Source: Botryllus schlosseri (lineage: Eukaryota). Taken from it: a DNA stretch of 64,000 bases. How positions within the stretch are numbered: the first letter of the stretch is position 1; every line of letters starts with the position of its first letter. A program made the translations under genes and the position numbers. This document shows positions 24,509 to 36,824 of the stretch, one piece after another. The notes beneath the pieces are model-generated. The model searched no databases. It was not told the origin of the DNA and saw only the letters and a program-made list of their open reading frames with translations. The stretch covers positions 10,170,001 to 10,234,000 of the forward strand of contig CM119371.1 of NCBI GenBank assembly GCA_051294905.1, given 5' to 3'.

Positions 24509-25817
24509 CAGGCAATGCTAAATGTCATGAACACAACTCCACCTGCCGTCAGGATGCTATACGATTTTGATCGAATGGGACTAGTCAGGTTGGCAGTTAT
24601 TCCCAATCCGCGGTGTTTCAGACAAATCATCAATGCAGAACGGGTGGACGTTAAAGTCAAATACGATGAGTAAACACCAGCTAGTTTTTTTTTAATGGAA
24701 GCTAGCTACTGAATCAGTGAAGCTTAGGATCAGCAGTGACGAAACGCGAAGTATTGTCAGTCTCGGTTTGGAAAATCTGTCAAGAATTTGACCAACTATA
24801 GGCCCCACAGCAGTTGCGGTTACGATTCCAATGATAAACAGCAACCCCACAAACTGATCGTTCAAATAGGGAAATTGTTTCAAAATCAATTAAGATATAA
24901 GGGTGGCGCCGTACGCTCTGTCGGACATCGTGAAAGCGTACAGTATAAAAAATATCGCGTGTGGGCGATAGGAGAATAGAAATGCGACCTCTTTCAGCTC
25001 TATTGACAGGCTTTAGGTCGGAGATGTCAGGACTAAAGGGCTATTTTCGTTTAATGTTTAATCATCAAGTAATTCGCGGAACTCGCCAACAGGCGGCCTG
25101 TCACACACAAATCATAATACTACAACAACGCAACAAAATAAGGACATTAACGATAATGACCCGAATGTCGAAGCGAAAACAATCTTAAATCTGCGATCAA
25201 TATTTTCGGAAGTCGTAGAGAATATCGATGTTTGCTCAAGCTGTTGATGACTATACAGAATTTTCATTGCTCTCGTAGCAACCAAGTTCGACACCAAAGA
25301 TGCTAGCCGCCTTGTAGCCGATGACATTGCTGTCGCCTTTCCTCTTTCATGCAAAAATAACCAATTCACGGACACTAGCTGTGCTATCGGTATTATAACT
25401 CCGGCAGCGGAACCGGATAGAAACATCTTAGCAACTAAGAGTCCGAATATTCTTAACAAAACTCCCATTGTAACCAGTAGAGTGGCGAATCCGTTTAAGA
25501 CGCAGGCTAGCAAAGTGATTTGCCGAAGGCTGATCCAACCACCGATCACGCAAATCACTACAACGCTTGCCAATCCAGCGAAGAGATTGGCGATTGCTTG
25601 TAGGTCGGTTATGGCTGGCTGGATCGATTACGAAATATCTCGACGTGATATCGTTGACAAATGAGAATGATCCGAAACCGAAGACATCCAATACGGCGAT
25701 GAAACACACTATCGATGAAATGCCCCATCTTTTCATCACGACGCGGTGCCTTTCCCCCTGCAACGGGAATGTCTTGTCGGATTCTGAATCATAACCGCTG
25801 CCATTCGATTTCGGCAA
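24509..25817 (-). pseudogene. Intronless FLVCR/SLC49-like major facilitator superfamily transporter pseudogene
   Basis: Consecutive minus-strand ORFs with TM segments and family-like motifs: VVMKRWGIS, SLRQITLLACVLNG, WLFLHERGKATA, FVCDRPP, GPIVGQILDRF. Several stops and frameshifts. The 3' end is cut at the Gypsy LTR. Confidence 0.75.
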
Positions 25818-26115
25818 ATACTCGACCTGCCGTCTCTAACTCGGTTCCGTTTCAATTTATTTTCCGTACTGGCTTATCAATTCAGGAAACAACAACAACA
25901 ACAACAACAACAACACTGCAATTACTTGAGCAACGACCGCGAGAAGGATCATTCGTGCCGATACGGAAGGAAGAAACACAGAGAGAGATGCGCCGTGAAT
26001 ACCTATTTCTGAGAAAATAGGGGATGATATAATGCGACAAATTCTATTTATTTACTGACTGAGAAGCATAAACTTCACTGCTGTCATCATTTACCAGTTG
26101 CTGTACAATGCACAT

Positions 26116-26734
26116 TAGGGCTGTTCAAAAATAACTTTTTTTCCTGAATCTTGCTGGTTACTTGATTAAATCGTTAGGTTGCCTTAAAAAACGACGCACA
26201 CCAAATTTGAATTCATTCCGACAAATATTCGCGGTTTACGTAGAGTTTGAAAATTTTGGATTTGCCCATAAACGCAAAAAAAAAAATTTCTCAAATTTTT
26301 TTGCCAACCCCATGAAATTGTTGGGCTGTCTTCAAAAACTATGCAAAACAAATTTGACTCAATTCCAAGCCGTAGAAGCGGAGTTATTCCAGTTTTTCGG
26401 TGATAATTCTTGGATTATCCACCAATCAAGGATAATCCCAGAATTATCGAATAAAAACTGAAATAACTCCGCTTCTACGGCTTGGAATTGAGTCAAATTT
26501 GTTTTGCATAGTTTTTGAAGACAGCCCAACAATTTCATGGGGTTGGCAGAAAAATTTGAAAAAAAAAATTTTTTGCGTTTTTAGGCAAATCCAAAATTTT
26601 CAAACTCTACGTAACCCGCGAATATTTGTCGGAATGAATTCAAATTTGGTATGCGTCGTTTTTTAAGGCAACCTAACGATTTAATCAAGTAACCAGCAAG
26701 ATTCAGGAAAAAAAGTTATTTTTGAACAGCCCTA
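26116..26734. mobile_element. 619-bp near-perfect palindromic (fold-back) MITE with hATm-like termini
   Basis: tagggctgttcaaaa..ttttgaacagcccta; perfect TSD atgcacat (26108-26115, 26735-26742). Arms are ~305 bp and meet near 26425. Confidence 0.92.
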
Positions 26735-27512
26735 ATGCACATATTTCAAACGGTTACCATTGTATCAGTTAAGGATGCATCTTTAAGTACTAGTAGTCGC
26801 TTTCTTTAATTTTCAGCTTGGCGTTGATCAGAGGCACGATATTGGTTAGTAGAATTGCGGGATGAATGATTAGTAGAATGACTAAATCATTTGAATTTTA
26901 GGTTATAGCATTTGTTTTACCCACAAGTAGCCCGCCTATATATAGTAAGTCACTGCATGTCTTCATTGCCTATACGTCTCATGACATTCATAAAACACAG
27001 CATCAGCAACCGCTCATTGAACATCTGTGAGCTACAGTATGATATGTATCTCATACATCTTACATATACTCATATTATATCAGTGGTTCCCAAACTGTGG
27101 TGTGCGTACCACCAGTCTTTCTCAAAATTCTCTCAGGTCGTACGCGATAAGCATCAATTCAGCGGATCGAGATATTAATGAATTTTACAATTCGATGAAG
27201 TCAGATCTGTACTAAATATGAAGGCTGCAAAATCAAGCATAACAAAGCTTACTTGATTAGGCTGTCGATGTAAAATCGGACAACGTCATATATCCCCAAA
27301 TTTTAAGACCCTTGCATTGATCTATCATAGAGTGGAGCATGGACTGGAGTCGGGCTGGATATCCGGCTTAATTTTCGACCAGAGCTGGTTCGGAGCCGGT
27401 TCAGTACTTTTTTCGATACGGCCGAAGTCGGATCGGGGCCGGAACAGTACCTTTTACTAAGAATATGATAGCCTTACCCTCGTCTGCCCTAGGATCCGTG
27501 GTTGAAGTACGC

Positions 27513-28492
27513 TTGGGATGGTGTGAACGCGAACCTTTTTCAAAGGTTCTGTGTGAACGCGAACGTGAACCTCATGACGTCACGTGACGTCATATTGCTA
27601 ATTACAACCCTACATTTCAGTAAAGTGATAGCCCATACTAATGCGCACGATAACTAACGACTCGGGCCACATGATGCCACAATGCCGACGTTTTAAACGT
27701 CGCCATAGGTATCAACTGCGGGGGCAATAAAATGATACAATAATCCCATAAAATCAATATCTTCCGTCGTTTAGCAAACAATTTGGACGAGGACTTACAA
27801 GGGGATATAAGCTTTCGCCTTAACGGTCCAGACCAGACGGGACAATACATTGGGCGTCTGAGTATTGCTACGTTAATATTGAGCAGAGTGTAAAACTGGT
27901 TTCTATATTTGCTAACGATATGACCTCATTAACAAGTTATGCAGCAGTAGCCAACACCCAAATTGCACGGAATTGGTTTTTATGATACAATAAACATATG
28001 AATTCAATATTGACCCTGGCCCCGTATGCCTGCTAAATTTGTTAAATCAGACCACAATATCAATTTCATTGATTGGTTGAATAAGCATCATTCACTGACT
28101 ACCTAGAGGTAGTGGATTTCACTCTTGATGTTGTGTCATTTTGGGTCAAGCTCACAGCTAGAAGAGAGTCACTAAATATTCACAAACGGAAAGCTGTATA
28201 TTTCGAGCGAACTTTTGTAGCAAAGCAAGCAAAATATTCAAGATTGTCAAGGTCCATAATCGTTTAGTGTTGATATTGTTATGCTTCTATCGACATGCAC
28301 AGAGTGGCCCGCAGTCGAAATGCAATAAATTTCAACCAAAGATGTTACAATGTTCAAAGTGAAAATATTAATATGTGAAAAAGGTTCACAGTCCAGAACC
28401 TATACCAAGGTTGATTTGTGAACGTGATCCTCTAAATGTCTGAGGTTCACACAGAGAACGCGAACGTGAACCTCACGTACACACCATCCCTA
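27513..28492. mobile_element. hAT-type MITE, TAGGGATGGTGTGAAC family
   Basis: ttgggatggtgtgaac..acaccatcccta; internal homology to 2957-3940 and 55751-56761. Confidence 0.8.
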
Positions 28493-28529
28493 GTACCTCA
28501 GCAAACACTAGATGTCTTTTGAACCTGTC

Positions 28530-28938
28530 AGGATATCTTTTTCTTGTCCAGCCAGGTTCAAATCATATCTTGTGCATGCTTTGTGCTGAAGCACGACTTA
28601 AATATATCTTTTTCATCTCCAGTCATGTTCAAATCATATCTTTGTGCAAACCTTGTGCTGAAGCACGACTTAAATATATCTTGTTCTTGTCCAGTCAAGT
28701 CCAAATCGTATCTTGTCCATACCTTGTGCTGAAGCACGAATTAAACTATATCTTTTCTTGTCCAGACAAGTCCAAATCATATCTTGTCCATACCTTGTGT
28801 GCTGAAGCACGACATCAATATATCTTGTTCTTGTCCAGTCAAGTCCAAATCATATCTTGTCCATACCTTGTGCTGAAGCACGACTTAAATATATCTTGTT
28901 CTTGTCCAGTCAAGTCCAAATCATATCCTGTTTATACC
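28530..28938 (+). repeat. ~71-bp tandem repeat, ~5.5 copies (left subterminal array)
   Basis: Unit catatcttgtccataccttgtgctgaagcacgacttaaatatatcttgttcttgtccagtcaagtccaaat. One more partial unit (cataccttgtgctgaa) lies at ~32325, beyond the BEL insertion. Confidence 0.9.
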
Positions 28939-28943
28939 ATAGC

Positions 28944-31900
28944 TGTAAATGTCTGTCCCGATTCCGTTGTGCGTGAAAGCGTAAATAGGTCACTCTCGAA
29001 GCCACGAGCTGTGACGGCACAGTTAGTCTGCGACGCACGTGTTCTCAGAGCCCGCATATCGAGGTCGGCGCGCTCGCGCAGCAGACGTAAGATAGACAAT
29101 TGGCTCCATTTCGCTTCATTTATTCTTTCTATTTCTTATTGAACCGCAGTATCATTGAACCTGGTAAATCTACAAGTTTCTGACCACTATTACTACTATT
29201 TGGCTGTTCTGTGCTAGTAAAGAAAGCTCCTTGGATCTGCGTGTGTGATCAGGATTGCAAGTGTACTCAGAGCGGTCATTAGTCAGTGACTAGTGCGTAC
29301 AACAGGAACTGTAAGCTGTAGCGTCGACTCCAATCAAGCACTATACCAGCGTGTCTTGCAACAAGTCGTTGCAGCGACCGCTACAGTCAGAAACTTTACC
29401 AGTTACAAAGTTGAAAGTCGGAGAAGTTGAAAGTAATGGAAGCTGCAGCAACGCCAGAGAAAGCTGACTGCTCAGCCGTACCAAGTCAAACTGTGGCAAC
29501 GTCTGAGACGAGTGCTGACTGCCCAGCTCCACCAAGTTCGGAATATGTTGAAGACGTACGTGGAAGTGTCAAAAATGAAGTTGTGGACCAGAGCCCCGCG
29601 GAAAGCAAGTCAGTGGGTTCTGATGATCCAACCAGTAGTGTCAGCACTTTGTTCCACGGATTCGATCAGAGATTGACTGAACTTGGCAACCAGTTCCGTG
29701 AAACAAAAGGTGAAGTTGAAAGATGCATTGACGCAACTCAGAATGTTATGGCGCTATTCACAAATAAAGAAGAAGTGCGCGAAGCAATGAAACGAGTTAT
29801 ATGCCATCGAGATGAATTGAAGAAAATTACTGGAGAGATTGTTTCGAAGTTCGCCAAGAATACGGAAACAAATGAATTCGCCAATAGCATGAGGTCGGTT
29901 GAAATGAAATTTGAAAAAGTCCGGCAAGCCGTTACGGATTTCATCTGAAAATGGATCCGTCCGTAGCCGCGCGAGATCTGGAGCCGGCTCGAGATCGAGT
30001 TGCCATACACAAAACAGTCGCACCAGTCACAAACAGCAAATTCACGATCACCAAAAAGAAACAGCCGCTTTGAAAGCAAGACTTCAATTTTCGGAGCAAG
30101 AAGCTGAAATGAAAAAAGGTTAGTTAAAGATGAAGCGGAGATGAAAAAAAAAAGTTATTTGAAGATGAAGCAGAGATGAAAAGAAAGTTATTTGAAGATG
30201 AAGCAGAGATGAAAAGAAAGTTGGTTGAAGATGAAGCAAAGTTGTCGCAATTGGCTCTGAAGAGTCAAATTGCTGAAAAGGAAGCCGTGATCGCAGTTTG
30301 TGAGCGAATTGAAAGGGAGGAGAACCCCTTTGGTTGTGATGACGATGAAGATGTCGTACGTGAAGAACCAAGTTATACAGATATACGGTGTAAGGTTCCC
30401 GTATTGAATTCGGAAGAAAAGGTACAAAACTTCGTTATTAGTAACCCACACGTGTGTCCTGAAGTTGGGCAATGTAATGTCAAATCTAGTGAACCCGTAT
30501 CCTACGGCCCAGTTATTGATAAAACTCCCGTGCAAATGAACAATTTCCCACGTACCGAACCGGAAGAAACCGGCCGAAACACGTTTGTAAAGATGCCCGT
30601 TAATCATTCTATAGATATACCAATTGATCGTCAATACAACATGAAACCGTTGACGCGAATACCTGATATAAAAGTTTGTGTTTTTGATGGTGATGAAACT
30701 AATTATATGGAATGGGAAAATTCGTTTAAAGCCTTAGTTGAAGATAGAGTGTATTGTGTTCATGAAAAGATGAATTTGTTGAAACAACATCTTGGTCCGG
30801 GCCCGTTGAAAGTTGTGAAATGTTATTTTTTGTGTGGTACCGAGGAATCTTATCGAAAAGCAATAAGTGACTTGCGAAGTAGATATGGAAGTCCTGTCGT
30901 TGTTGGGCAGGCCTTTCTAGATAAATTGAAAGGTTGGCGTCATATAAAGGAAAATGATAGACTTCGGCTGCAAGAATTCTCTGATTTCTTGGAGCAAGTT
31001 TTTGTGAACAAACGGTTTGTGCCAGAGTTAGGCACTCTTGATTACTCGTCAAATCATGTTTACGTTGTGAAAAAGTTACCTCCGTCACTTATTGATAAGT
31101 GGCGTTGTAAAGTGTCAAAGTACAAGGCACAGATGAATGATGTAAATTGCTACCCCCCATTTGAGTATTTTGTGTTATTTGTGAGAGATCAGTCTGAACG
31201 TCGAAATATGCCAGAATTCAGAATGTTGGATGAAAACCGAAATAGTAATATCACGCAATCTGCTCAAAAGTATGGCCGTGATAGGCCATGTGTTTCATTT
31301 GGAACTAATGTTATGTCAGGCGAATATAATTGCATGTTTTGTGGAAGAAATGACCACCATATCCGAGATTGTGTGGATTTTGAGAATTTACCGTATTCTG
31401 AACGAATATCGTTTATGCGTGACAAGTTTTTATGTTACGGATGTGGTGAAAAGTTGTACTAGAACGCACCATGGTAAAGATTGTCCAAAACGCGTAATTT
31501 GTGTGAAATGTGGAAAGTTACATTTGACTAGCTTGCATCCATGCTCTGCTCCCGCTGTTTCGAATTGTATTGAAGTGTCCGAGTATAAGACTGTGGATGA
31601 TTGATGTTGTATAATTGGTGCTTTGGTCTCAGATTATCCCTGTCTGTTTTGCATTATTGCTATATGTTGTATGTTATTAGCATTTGCCTGTCTTTGTTGC
31701 CTGTTAGGGTCTATTTCTCCTTTGGTGTTCGATGTAGGCTAATGTTTGTAAGAGTCCGACACCCCGACGTGGAGCCACATTGTTTACGAAAATAGTTGTA
31801 AAGACATTTTGTGTTGCACAAAAATGTCCTTAAAAGGGGGAGTGTAAATGTCTGTCCCGATTCCGTTGTGCGCGAAAGCGTAAATAGGTCACTCTCGAAG

Positions 31901-32284
31901 CCACGAGCTGTGACGGCACAGCTAGTCTGCGACGCACGTGTTCTCAGAGCCCGCATATGGAGGTCGGCGCGCTCGCGCAGCAGACGTAAGATAGACAATT
32001 GGCTCCATTTCGCTTCATTTATTCTTTCTATTTCTTATTGAACCGCAGTATCATTGAACCTGGTAAATCTACAAGTTTCTGACCACTATTACTACTATTT
32101 GGCTGTTCTGTGCTAGTAAAGAAAGCTCCTTGGATCTGCGTGTGTGATCAGGATTGCAAGTGTACTCAGAGCGGTCATTAGTCAGTGACTAGTGCGTACA
32201 ACAGGAACTGTAAGCTGTAGCGTCGACTCCAATCAAGCACTATACCAGCGTGTCTTGCAACAAGTCGTTGCAGCGACCGCTACA
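28944..32284 (+). mobile_element. Gag-only BEL/Pao LTR retrotransposon with both LTRs
   Basis: 442-bp LTRs at 28944-29385 and 31843-32284 (TG..CA; I counted 3 differences); 5-bp TSD atagc; PPT aaaagggggag. Gag has DUF1759-like FDGDETNYMEWENSF and three Cys/His knuckles (CMFC..H...C, CYGC..H...C, CVKC..H....H). Frameshifts at ~29945, ~30120-30150 and ~31450. No pol. Confidence 0.93.
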
Positions 32285-33092
32285 ATAGCAATTTGCAACG
32301 TAGCTACGTAGTAAATTGCTATGTGCATACCTTGTGCTGAACCACAACTTTTCTTGGCCAAATTTTGTCGAATGCTGAAAATATATTTGTTAGGAATATC
32401 AAATTCGATTATTGCTTCCTATTATGATAGAGTGGTGTTTATAAATGTACAGTAGATTATATTGAACTTTTACTCTCATGGGACGATTAATCACCTGTGT
32501 CACTACCGTATGTTCCACCTAGTGTCACGCTCTTTCTTGCAATTTTGCAGACTAAAATTAAATATCATATTAGCCCGCATCCTCGCGCTCCGCCACCTCC
32601 GCTGCTTTCGGTTGTTGGGCTGTATTTGATTGGAATTGGTCGGCTCCCAAATTTTGGAAGGAAATTTGAAAGTCCGCAGAATCCGGCTGGAGAATTTCCG
32701 GTTCTGCGTCCAAAAAACTTCTGCCAAAATCATGATATCGTATTTAAGATTATAATTAAGAATGTTGCCAAAATCCGACTGTCGAAATAAATTCAGAATC
32801 CGCATCCAGTCCGGCTGAAATCCTGCTACGACCCCGGCTTCTGATCCGGAGTGTAAACGAGAGGACATTTCTCCCTTGCGAGTTCACATAAGTTTCGGCG
32901 CGAAATACTGGCAGACAAAGCGCTCTCGTAATGGAGGCTTACAGCTACGCAGTCGTATGTTAGGTTTAGTTGCGTTCTGGAATTAATCGTGGTAAATTAA
33001 GGCTCAACCAACCATATTCCTTCAGAGGATTACTGAAAACTGAACTGTAGATGGTAATTTATATATGCTTGATACGAAACATAGGTATATAG

Positions 33093-35682
33093 CAGTGGCG
33101 GCTCGTGACAATATCGGGTGGTGGGGCAAGGGCCGCAAGCGACTTGTTATCAATATGACGTCACAGTAGCGTTTTTCAACGTTCATGATGGCCACATGAA
33201 TTTCCCGTAAACAATGATTTTTAACGTAGGTGCCGCGAGAGGTTTGCCGGTGGCGTGACTTGAAGTGCGGTAACAAATGTTTTATTCATTGTTTTTTATT
33301 CAAATGATTATTTTACAAAATGTACGCGAACTAAGAATCGTTCCCATGCCACGAATCAATCATCAGGTTATCCTTAGTAGCATGCGTTATGATTTCGTGG
33401 TAGAGATTACGCAAGCGCCGAGTAAGACTATACCAAAAATACACAGACCAACTACCTACAAAGAGCATTCGCATGACACCTTGTGGTGTTTAAATCGTTC
33501 CATGCTCAGCAATTATGTAAAGTGCTGCAGCGCCTCCGACCCGATTTGTATATGGATTCTCGTCCCGAAAGCGAGTCAAATCGATTTGCCCTCGTCCGAA
33601 AGTGTTTGGTACACGATCCTGATGCGTTACGACCAGGGGATAGGCAATCAAAGCGGTGGCACCCATAAACGTAAAACATTATAAAAAGCCAGCTGTTATC
33701 CATGGAAGATTAATTACGAGTCTGCCTGCCATCATTCAAGCAGGAATCAAAGCATTGTGTTAAATTGAAATGCGAGCACATATCGCATTAAACAATTTCA
33801 TGAATAAATTATTTCATCTTGATGAATTTTTCACTTTTTTTCCATAGCCATAACAAAATATATCGGTAAATTAACTGTCAGTGTGCCTCGAGTAATAAGG
33901 ATGAAAACCACTCACTTTTCCTTAGCCATAGACATGGTTGAGTTACCTGGGCTCACTTGATTGAAATTATTCGGAAAGAACATGATGTGTACAGTCGTCC
34001 GCCCACACACGAGTGCGCTTTCCTCCGGCGTACGATTGGATCAATGGGCAATTTCTAGGCTGATACGGACCTAGTCGCTTTACCTCTAATTTTTGCTCTA
34101 AAGGCAGCTGGCTAAACGGCGTACGGAGCAAAGATTCAACACGATTCGTGTTCGCACTTGACCTGACTACTTATCTGCAGAAATGGAAATGACTATAAAT
34201 CGAGAGATTGCGTATGCCTAACTGGAAAGGTCAACGAGTTCCGACACATACGCAATTGTTATCTCATAGATTGGACAAGGAAATGTCATATTGAATCCAA
34301 AACATCATTCTGAAGAACTACGGATAGCAGCCTCGGAAATTCGGTCCCGGTACAGCTTGGGAGATTCTGGCCTTGAGGCTGGAGACTGTCACACGACACA
34401 TACGGCTTACGGTCTATAGTGTCTATATGTCTGCTGCAAAATCGCCTTCGGAAAATATATTACCGAATAAATACGTGGATGAAAGCCGAAAACTTGGTAC
34501 ACTGTTACATGAAATCATCGAGAAGTATAGCCTCATGACCGTTTTCGGTATGGTACACTGTCAAAATTAATACGAACAGATCAACGCCGAATTTTGCGTA
34601 ATATTTACTGAGGAATCGGCTGATCAAGCGATCAGCTGTTAGCCGCCATGGAAAACGAAACAGCTATGACAGGGGTTGTAATTGTGAGCAAATGGCCCGA
34701 AGGCCACCATTCCACGGTGAAATTGACATTGGAGAATATAAAATAAAACTAAATATTTGAATGCAAACCGAGGATGTTAGTAAACTGTTTCATGATATCA
34801 TCATCTCATCACCTATCTCAGTATGGAACACAGATACACCGGCTTTTGCGTGAAATCCGCAATGCGTTAGGTAGGCTAAGTGTCAGATCAGCGCACATCT
34901 CTACCATACTCGAACTTAATAACGAAATTGCTGCCCTAATCATTGAGTGTCAACCTTGAGACTTGGCACAGCGTTCGATACTAAAATCAAGACATACCAT
35001 GTAAAAGTTCATGACGGATCTAGCTAAGGAGCATCGTTAAAATCAATGGAGACCAATACCGGCTTTGCGTAAAATATGTTTGCGATACATGACCGATCAG
35101 CACACACTCGACTTTGGAAACGGAATTACTACCCTAAACTTTGAGTAGAAACCCTGAAACTTAGGACAGTGTTAAATACCACCATCACGACATGACATAC
35201 CAAGTTTCAAGAATTATCATGGTGTGAAACACCATCAAAATCGACCTGTACCAGCAACGGTCGACTCAACGCATATCACGGTATCCGAGTTCAGATATAG
35301 ATACGATTGTTACATCACACCTTAGGGGCGAGCAAGCATATTTGCCACGGTTGTTCGGCCATTTTACGAATAGGAGAGAGTAAAGCAACGTTTCTTAATT
35401 GTGCGCAGCTTTGAGAGAATAGATAGTGAAAGCTTGTTATGAGCGCTACCGGGGCAAGCCCCGGCTAGGCATTCACAAAGCGAAAACACAGAAGAGAATT
35501 CGATTTTCGCGGAGACTTCGCTATGTATGGGCATTTGCAAGCGAAAGCACGAGAAGAACGCGGGTTTCGCTGTGATCTCGATATATATTGAGCGCTGTGC
35601 ATCTATAAATGGTTAAATTGTTATTGAACAGAATTTTAGGTGGGGCAATGCCCCAGTTGCCCTATAGGACGAGCCGCCACTG
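33093..35682. mobile_element. 2.6-kb non-autonomous hAT-type element
   Basis: TIR cagtggcggctcgt..acgagccgccactg; perfect TSD gtatatag (33085-33092, 35683-35690). Confidence 0.88.
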
Positions 35683-36155
35683 GTATATAGTGTATGGTAT
35701 AATGTCACAAAGTATAGAACTTGGTTTGCACTTTAGCGAATATCATATAAGCTATATTGTGACAGTGCTGGATTATATAATATCATCAGATGGTGGTCGC
35801 TAAAATCATTCATTGTGATCGAATGTTCTTGTACTTTTGTCTATAATAGTGTAGTGGGAGCTCAGCTACAACGTGGTAATGCCCAGATATAAAATAAGAC
35901 GGGGGAAGCACAGACGTAGGCAGTACCAGAAAGAGTGGCAACGGTTCAAGCGAGCTAGAACCGCCGATTTGACGGGACGGATCGTTTCATCATTATCAAG
36001 TGAAATATGACACAGGCAATTGGACTCTGTACAAAATACGTATCAAATGCTCATCCGGTAAGTCAACTCATAATTTGTGAAGGTTTACCGTTACTCAGCA
36101 CCAGTGTTGGGATGACTTGAATCATGACAAAAATGAGACTAGCATGTAGCTATAC

Positions 36156-36470
36156 CAGTGATTCCCAACCGCGGCCTCGAGCTAGCCGTCTTGCGTCCCC
36201 CACAAAAATTTAAAGAAATCGATTTATGATATAAAATAAAATTTATATTTATAAAATTCTCTTGCTTAGCTTGGAGTCTGGAGTTGTTAATTAGGATTGC
36301 AGAAAAGTTCTGAGTAGAGTGCTAATGTTATGTCATTACAGTATATAGGTATTGATAACTAATCATTGATTAATTATTGATCTAAAGCAGTCACGAATTC
36401 GTGCGGCCCCAACTATATACTCTGAAATTCTAAATTTGGCCCTGACACCGAAAAAGGTTGGGAACCACTA
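36156..36470. mobile_element. hAT Charlie/Buster-type MITE
   Basis: cagtgattcccaacc..ggttgggaaccacta; TSD agctatac/agctatat. Confidence 0.75.
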
Positions 36471-36824
36471 AGCTATATATACAGTTACTTGCGTACAGTA
36501 TTTCATTAGCAGTTCTATGTTTGCGTGTGCGATACAATATTGTTTTTTCAAGTTTGTGCGAGTTTTCAAATTTGAGTAATTCTAGATCTAGTTGCGCTGT
36601 TTACAAATCCAGTAGTTTGATAAATCTGGAAACTTACCATCTATATTATCCATCTGTTTTAGATTTATGGGTCAAGGCCTTTCGTGATATGAGGGCAGTT
36701 GCAGACAATAGTAGCTTGCCCTCCGCTTCAGATAAGGACCTACAACGGCCTAACCGAAAACGTCAGCCGCCAAAAGATTTTTTGACAAGTCCATGTCATC
36801 TGATAATCAAGGTATAGCCTACAC

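Noticed and set aside
25889..25915. (ACA)n microsatellite giving a poly-Thr ORF (25715-26020); also (AG)n at ~57950
   Set aside because: Simple repeats with no coding support.
28519..29142. 207-aa ORF with repeated LCAEARLKYI motifs; also a superficially CRISPR-like array
   Set aside because: It is a translation of the 71-bp tandem repeat running into the BEL LTR. The units are contiguous, with no unique spacers and no cas genes.
34380..35300. Recurrent gaaacttgg(t/c)ac and taccaagtttca motifs inside the 33093-35682 element, suggesting another nested repeat
   Set aside because: I could not define termini or a TSD, so no call is made.
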